NCBI GenBank assembly: GCA_963847705.1
Contig: CAWKBC010000005.1
Location: 1-14,831 of the forward strand
DNA: 14,831 bases
Source: an uncultured Pseudomonadota bacterium
GTDB taxonomy: Bacteria; Myxococcota_A; Polyangia; Fen-1088
Direction: 5' to 3'
Shown here: piece by piece, positions 8,059 to 14,831 of the stretch
Position numbering within the stretch: the stretch's first letter is position 1
Layout of the letters: each line of letters opens with the position of its first letter
The notes under the pieces: model-generated
What the model was told of the DNA's origin: nothing
Database searches by the model: none
The model's input: only the letters and a program-made list of their open reading frames with translations
Position numbers and translations under genes: made by a program

Positions 8059-9479
8059 TCAGATTCCCCTTTCGGTGGTGGGTCCAAGCGCCACCCGCAG
8101 CGCCTCGACGGCGCGCTCGAGGCGGAGGCCGCGGGACGCCTTGACCAGGATCCAGTCGCCCGCCGAGGTCCAGGAGGCCAGCACCGCGGCGGCCGCTTCG
8201 GGCGACGAGGCCACGACGGCGCGCTCCGCGGCAAGGCCGGCGGCGCGCGCCTCCCTGACGACCAGCGGCGCAAACTGGCCCACGGCGGCCAGTCCGGCCA
8301 GCCCGGCCGCTCCGCCGGCCGCTCGCCCGAGCTCCCGGTGCGCTGCCTCGGCGCCCGGGCCGAGCTCCAGCATGTCCCCCAGGATGGCGAACCGGTGTCC
8401 GGCGCCGGAGGCCGCCACGAGCGCACCGAGCGCCGCGGTCATCGAGGCCGGATTGGCGTTGTAGCAGTCGTCGAGGATGGTGCGCCCGCCGGCCGCCACG
8501 GGCGCCGAGCGGTGCGGGGGCAAGGTCACCGTCTCCAGCCCGCGGGCCGCGTCGACCGGCGAGACGCCCGCCGCCGCCGCGGCTGCCAGCGCCGCCGCGC
8601 CGTTGCGGGCGTTGTGCGCGCCGCCGAGCGGCAGCCGCACCACCACCGGGGTCCCCCGGACGGCGTACCGGACGACGGCGCCGGAGGCGCCCGCCGGCAC
8701 GAAGTCGAGGACCCGCACGTCGCCGCTGCGATCTCCGAAGGTGAGGCGCCGCTCGCGCGCCACCGGGTCCGCCTGCGCGGCGATGAGCGGGTCGTCAGCG
8801 GGGAAGACGGCCGTCCCCTGGGGGCCGAGGCCCGCGAAGAGCTCACCCTTCGCGCGCGCCACCCCTTCGATCGAGCCGAGCGTCTCCAGGTGCGCCGCCG
8901 CGACGTTGGTGATGATGCCGATCTCGGGGCGCGCGATCTCTGTCAGGTAGGCGATCTCGCCGGGCGCGCGCATCGCCATCTCCAGCACCCAGGCCGCCTC
9001 GGCCCCGCTCGCCGAGAGGATCGTCAGCGGCAGCCCCACGTCGGTGTTGAAGTTGCCGGGCGTCCGCAGCACTTCGCCGAGCGGCCGCAGCGCCGCTGCC
9101 ACCAGCTCCTTGGTCGTGGTCTTTCCATTGGAGCCGGTCACCGCCACCACCCGCCCGCGAAACTTGGTCCGGACAGCCCGCGCCAGGTCGCCGAGCGCGC
9201 GGCGGGGATCCTCGACGGCGATGACCGCGGCGTTCGCGCGTCCCTCCGGCAGGCCGCGCCCGCGCGCCACCACCACGCCGGCCGCGCCGGAGGCCACCGC
9301 CTGCGCAACGAAGTCGAAGCCGTCGACCCGCTCGCCGGGGAGCGCGAAGAAGAGCTGCTCAGCCCCGACCGCGCGGCTGTCGGCCGCCGCGCCGGCGAAT
9401 GATGGACCGCGGGCGCCGGCATCCAGAATCGTCCCGTTCATGGCGCCGGCCGCGAAATCGAGCGTGTGGCGTGCGGCGC

Positions 9480-9483
<4 letters not shown>
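8059..9483 (-). CDS. murF: UDP-N-acetylmuramoyl-tripeptide--D-alanyl-D-alanine ligase
   Basis: DSR, LFFALPGERVDG, VTGSNGKTTTKE, GNFNTDVGLP, AHLE, DDCYNANP, LGDMLELG, LVKASRG. The ATG overlaps the murE stop (ATGA). Confidence 0.97.
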
Positions 9484-11078
<1,595 letters not shown>

Positions 11079-11081
11079 CGT

Positions 11082-13223
11082 TCAGTTGGCCTTGCGCCCG
11101 AAGGCCACACGGCAGACCACACCGCGCGACGCCGGCCCCGGCGCGGGCCGCTGCCGCAGCGCCACGCCGGTCGCCCGTCCTTCGGGATCGTCGAACGCCA
11201 GCTCGACGCCAGTCTTGTTGGCCGCGTGAATCGCTTGCCCCAGGCTCATGCCGGTGAAATCGGGGACCTCGATCCGGTCGATCGCCTGGTCGGCCGCGCG
11301 CCCCCCCTCGGCCCCTGCGACCTCGTCCCACTTCTCGGCCAGCGCCGGGTCCTCGCCGAGCGCGTCGTCGTCGAGCGGCAGATCGGTCGCCGGGGCGTCG
11401 CTGCCCGCCGATTCGTCGGCGTCGGCGGCCACCGTCCTGGCCGGGGCGGTCTCCTTGCCGGTCTGATGTGCGGACTTACCGTTGCCATTGCCATTGCCAT
11501 TGCCGTTGCCGTTCCCGCTGCCCTCCGCCAGGGCGGCCGCCGTCGGGGGGACGTGCAGGTAGCGCAGCGCCTCCTCGGCGATCTCCTTGAAGATGGGCGC
11601 GGCCACCACGCCGCCCAGGTGTCCCCCCTGCGGCTCGTCGACGACGACGATGATCGCCAGCCGCGGATCCTCGATCGGGACCACGCCCAGGAACGACGAG
11701 ACCCACTTGCTCGAATCGTAGTGACCGTTGGCCACCTTCTGCGCCGTTCCGGTCTTGCCGCCCACGGTGTACCCGTCGATGGCGGCCTGGGGCGCCGTAC
11801 CCCCCTTCTCGGTCACGCCCCGCATGATCCCAAGCATGGTCCGCGCCGCGCCCGCCGACATCACCCGCCGGTCGGGCGCGAAAGCCGGCGTTTCGATGCT
11901 CCCGTCCGGCGCGACCACGCGGGCCACGATCCGGGGCTGCCGGTAGATGCCGCCGCCGGCGATGGCGCTGACCCCCGCGATCATCTGCAGCGGGGTCACC
12001 GCGATCCCCTGCCCGAACGAGATGTTGGCGAACCCGATGTCGCCCCACTTGTCGACCGGCCGCACCACGCCGGCGCGCTCGCCCGGCAGACCGATGCCCG
12101 TGGGGCGTCCGAACCCGAACCGTCCGAGCGCTTCCGCGAAGGCATCACGCCCCAGCCGGCGCGCGATCTTGGTGGCGCCGATGTTGCTCGAGAACTTGAA
12201 AACCTCGGCGACCGTCAGCACGCCGTGTCCGTGCGTGTCGTGGATCGAGTACTTGCCGACCATCATCTTGCCCATGAGGCAGTCGAAGCGGTCGTCCGGC
12301 TTCACCACGCCGGCGTCCAGCGCCGAGGCGATGGTGAACGTCTTCATGGTCGAGCCCGGCTCGTAGGTGTCGGTGATGGCGCGGTTGCGGGCCTCGGCCT
12401 CGGCGGCGCCGATCGGCTCGTTGGGGTTGAACGTCGGCACCGACGCCATCGCCAGCACCTCGCCGGTGCGCGGGTCCATCATGATCGCCACCGCGCCCTT
12501 GGCGTGGTGCTCGGCGGCGCCGGCCGCCAGTGCGCGCTCGGTGATGAACGTCAGGTAGCGATCGATGGTCAAGACGGCGTCGTTGCCGCTGGTGCTGGGC
12601 GCATCCACCGTCCCTTCGACCGCGATGTCGCGTCCGAGCGCGTCCCGCACCCCTTGCACCGAAGACGTCGTCCCACGCAGTTGCTTGTCCAGCGCCAGCT
12701 CCACGCCGTCGAGCCCGCTCCCCTCGGAGCCGGCGTGCCCCATCACCGTCGCCGCCAGGCTGCGGTTCGGGTAAAACCGGCGCGGCTCGCGGGTGAACGC
12801 CATCCCCGGCAACCCCAGCTTCTTGACCGCCTCGGCCTCCTCGGGCGTCACCTTGCGCTTCACCCAGGCGAAGAACCGGCGCTGCTCGAGCTTCTTCTCC
12901 AGCTCGGCCCGGTCGATCCCCAGGATGCGCGCCAGCTTTCTGGCCGCGTCGCGGGGATCGGGGAGCTGCCGCGGGTTGCAGTAGATCGAATCGACGTCCG
13001 CGGTCGAGGCCAGGTCGGCGCCGTTGCGGTCGAGGATCCGCCCGCGGCGCGGAGGCAGCTCGATCTCGCGCAGGTACTGCTCCTCGGCCATCGCGCGCAG
13101 CCGGTCGGCGTCGCGGACCTGGAGGTTGACGGCGCGCTTGCCGACGGCCGCGAAGAGCGACGTCAGCACCACACCGCAGACGGCGATCCGGACGCGCGCC
13201 CAGCGGCTGGCGGGGATCAGCAT
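11082..13223 (-). CDS. ftsI: Class B penicillin-binding protein (FtsI/PBP3-type transpeptidase) with C-terminal PASTA domain
   Basis: N-terminal membrane anchor, RGRILDRNG, RFYP, GLDGVE, LTID. Catalytic motifs SxxK (EPGSTMK), SxN (SSNIG) and KTG (GGKTGTAQ) are intact. C-terminal VPDFTGMSLGQAI...QRPAPG is PASTA-like. Confidence 0.95.
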   Translation of the reverse strand: MLIPASRWARVRIAVCGVVLTSLFAAVGKRAVNLQVRDADRLRAMAEEQYLREIELPPRRGRILDRNGADLASTADVDSIYCNPRQLPDPRDAARKLARILGIDRAELEKKLEQRRFFAWVKRKVTPEEAEAVKKLGLPGMAFTREPRRFYPNRSLAATVMGHAGSEGSGLDGVELALDKQLRGTTSSVQGVRDALGRDIAVEGTVDAPSTSGNDAVLTIDRYLTFITERALAAGAAEHHAKGAVAIMMDPRTGEVLAMASVPTFNPNEPIGAAEAEARNRAITDTYEPGSTMKTFTIASALDAGVVKPDDRFDCLMGKMMVGKYSIHDTHGHGVLTVAEVFKFSSNIGATKIARRLGRDAFAEALGRFGFGRPTGIGLPGERAGVVRPVDKWGDIGFANISFGQGIAVTPLQMIAGVSAIAGGGIYRQPRIVARVVAPDGSIETPAFAPDRRVMSAGAARTMLGIMRGVTEKGGTAPQAAIDGYTVGGKTGTAQKVANGHYDSSKWVSSFLGVVPIEDPRLAIIVVVDEPQGGHLGGVVAAPIFKEIAEEALRYLHVPPTAAALAEGSGNGNGNGNGNGNGKSAHQTGKETAPARTVAADADESAGSDAPATDLPLDDDALGEDPALAEKWDEVAGAEGGRAADQAIDRIEVPDFTGMSLGQAIHAANKTGVELAFDDPEGRATGVALRQRPAPGPASRGVVCRVAFGRKAN
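11478..11516 (-). repeat. Hexanucleotide tandem repeat encoding (GN)6G inside ftsI
   Basis: Minus strand ggg aac ggc aac ggc aat ggc aat ggc aat ggc aac ggt. Confidence 0.9.
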
Positions 13224-13245
13224 GGCCGTTCATCTCCCCGAGGGG

Positions 13246-13599
13246 TCATGGAAGCACCACCCCGGGTTCGAGCTTGATGACGTTGGCCGCGGCCGGCGGC
13301 CCCATCTGCATCTTGTCGTGCGCCAGGCCGATGACGCGCCCGGGATCTTTCAGCATGCCGATCTCGATGATGAGGCTCCGCTGGCGCTCCAGAAGCTCGC
13401 TGTTGACGCGTTTTTCGCGGCCGAGGTCGTAGGCGATCTGGATTCCGTGCATCCGCACCGCCACGTGGGCCAGCGCGCCCGCCGTGAGCAGCGCCAGCGC
13501 GAAGGCCCAGACACCGACGCCACGCCGGTTCGCAACGTCGAGGCGCAGGTACCCCGAAAGGGTGGGGGCGTTCGCTCTCGCCGAGCTCTGCGGGGGCAC
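13246..13599 (-). CDS. ftsL: Cell division protein FtsL-like (bitopic, coiled coil)
   Basis: Located between rsmH and ftsI; one TM (GVGVWAFALALLTAGALAHVAV) then a heptad segment ending LKDPGRVIGLAHDKMQMGPP, typical of FtsL. GTG 13599 has GGAGG 8 nt upstream; the frame stays open to GTG 13680, so the start is uncertain. Confidence 0.8.
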   Translation of the reverse strand: MPPQSSARANAPTLSGYLRLDVANRRGVGVWAFALALLTAGALAHVAVRMHGIQIAYDLGREKRVNSELLERQRSLIIEIGMLKDPGRVIGLAHDKMQMGPPAAANVIKLEPGVVLP

Positions 13600-13614
13600 G
13601 GAGGCATCCTCCGT
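13598..13614 (-). promoter_or_regulatory. Perfect 7-bp hairpin covering the putative ftsL SD and start codon
   Basis: mRNA-sense ACGGAGG-ATG-CCTCCGT(G): the stem pairs GGAGG with CCTCC and includes the GT of GTG 13599. Function is inferred. Confidence 0.45.
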
Positions 13615-13639
13615 CCGGCTCTCCGTTGTGATGATCACC

Positions 13640-13702
13640 TCAGACACGCTCCGCGGCACCTCGGACGCGCTCCGCCGCACGTCAGATGCGCTCCGCGGCG
13701 CG
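13640..13702 (-). repeat. Three tandem 21-bp imperfect repeats of the rsmH 3' end
   Basis: Minus strand cgcgccgcggagcgcatctga / cgtgcggcggagcgcgtccga / ggtgccgcggagcgtgtctga; each pair is 17/21 identical. Confidence 0.9.
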
Positions 13703-14647
13703 CAGGTGGGCCGATCGGGCGCGTGGGTTGCGGGCCCGTTCCGCGCCGCTGGCCGGGACGACGTGCTTGGTCAGAATCTTCAGCACCGCCGGACGCTCGT
13801 CGTCCCTCCCGCCGTCCTTGCCGCGGTCCTTGCCGGCGAGGGCCCTCAGCCGGCGCTTGACGATCCGGTCCTCCAGCGAATGGAAGGCGATGACGCAGAG
13901 CCGGCCGCCGGGCCGCAGGCAGTCAGCCGCCACCGAGAGAAAACGTTCCAGCTCGACCAGCTCCTCGTTCACCGCGATCCGCAGCGCCTGAAAGGTCCGC
14001 GTGGCCGGGTTCTTGCCGTACTCGTGTCGGGGGATGGCCCGGGCAACCAGCGCTGCCAGCTTGCCGGTGGTGTCGAGGTCGCCCGCACGACGCGCCTCGA
14101 TGATTGCGCTGGCGACCCGGGCGGCGTGCCGCTCCTCGCCGTAGTTGCGGATGATCTGCACCAGCTCCTCTTCATCGATGCGGCGCAGGAGATCGGCCGC
14201 GGTCTCGCCGCTGGTGGGATCCATCCGCATGTCGAGCGGTCCGTCGTTCCGGAAGGAGAACCCGCGCTCGGGTCGGTCGAGCTGCGGCGACGAGACGCCG
14301 AGGTCGACCAGAAAGCCATCGACCGCGACCACCCCCAGCCGATCGAGCACCGCCCGCGCCTCCGAAAACCGGGCGTGGACCAGCGTGACGCGGTCGCCGA
14401 ACGGCTGGAGGGCCAGACGCGACGCCTCGAGTGCGTCGGGGTCGCGGTCGATCCCGATCAGCTTGCCGTCAGGGGCCGAGCGCTCCAGCACTGCCCGGGC
14501 ATGTCCGCCAAGACCGACGGTCGCGTCGCAATACTGGCCCGCTGGCTTCGGATCGAGCCAGGTGAGGACCTCATCCAGCAGGACCGGAAGGTGCGCGGAG
14601 CGCTCCTGCCGCGACACGTCATTACGTCCTGACAGCTCGGGCGGCAT
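13682..14647 (-). CDS. rsmH: 16S rRNA (cytosine(1402)-N4)-methyltransferase RsmH/MraW
   Basis: HLPVLLDE, DATVGLGGHA, GIDRD, DLGVSSPQLD, RGFSF, GPLDMRMD, YGEE, TRTFQALRIAVNEEL, FHSLEDRIVK, NPRARSAHLR. Alternative start GTG 14617 (AGGA 9 nt upstream). Confidence 0.98.
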   Translation of the reverse strand: MPPELSGRNDVSRQERSAHLPVLLDEVLTWLDPKPAGQYCDATVGLGGHARAVLERSAPDGKLIGIDRDPDALEASRLALQPFGDRVTLVHARFSEARAVLDRLGVVAVDGFLVDLGVSSPQLDRPERGFSFRNDGPLDMRMDPTSGETAADLLRRIDEEELVQIIRNYGEERHAARVASAIIEARRAGDLDTTGKLAALVARAIPRHEYGKNPATRTFQALRIAVNEELVELERFLSVAADCLRPGGRLCVIAFHSLEDRIVKRRLRALAGKDRGKDGGRDDERPAVLKILTKHVVPASGAERARNPRARSAHLRAAERI

Positions 14648-14659
14648 GGGTCCCGCTCC

Positions 14660-14687
14660 ATTCTTGACCGGAGCGCCTGGGTGTCAA
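14660..14687 (-). promoter_or_regulatory. Candidate sigma70-type promoter for the dcw operon
   Basis: Minus strand TTGACA (14687-14682), 16-nt spacer, AAGAAT (14665-14660), preceded by an AT-rich tract (approx. 14688-14727). Perfect -35, imperfect -10. Confidence 0.5.
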
Positions 14688-14831
14688 GTTTTGTGGGCAA
14701 ATAACTTACGTAATTTCAATTAGATAGGACCTGCCAAGGGCATTCTGTTTCGGCCGTTGCGGGAACATGTAAATGGCTCGTTTCAGTGTGGCGAGGAGGT
14801 CACCGGAGCGGCGTGCGAAAGGGCAACCGAG

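Noticed and set aside
8053-8075. Possible SD-sequestering stem at the murF-mraY junction (GGGA...TCCC)
   Set aside because: Only 4 bp; expected by chance.
13640-13702. 21-bp repeats as a mini-CRISPR array, att site or DGR template
   Set aside because: The units are contiguous with no spacers, there is no cas, integrase or reverse transcriptase gene in the window, and the variation is not adenine-specific.
14783-14831. Possible partial genes at the right edge: a minus-strand C-terminus (..SVALSHAAPVTSSPH*, stop 14783-14785) or a plus-strand start at GTG 14813 after AGGAGGT
   Set aside because: Too short to assign, the two readings are mutually competing, the SD spacing (12 nt) is long, and neither resembles MraZ recognisably.

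Overview
High-GC (roughly 70% by eye) bacterial housekeeping region: a tightly packed minus-strand division and cell wall (dcw) operon. In transcription order it reads rsmH(mraW)-ftsL-ftsI(+PASTA)-murE-murF-mraY-murD-ftsW-murG-murC-ftsQ, followed by a DUF3052-like small protein. The protein style (PASTA-tailed FtsI, MFRK- start of MurC) suggests Myxococcota/deltaproteobacteria, but this is inference. I see no mobile element, RNA gene, CRISPR array or convincingly new system. The notable departures from the textbook cluster are: (i) murC is coupled directly to ftsQ with no murB/ddl; (ii) a DUF3052-like gene sits where ftsA normally lies; (iii) the last 21 bp of rsmH are triplicated, creating several in-frame SD+GTG starts for ftsL, followed by a hairpin that hides the best ftsL ribosome-binding site; (iv) repeat-derived low-complexity extensions occur in FtsW, FtsI, FtsQ and RsmH; (v) a promoter-like AT-rich region with inverted repeats lies directly upstream of rsmH, with no abutting mraZ visible.
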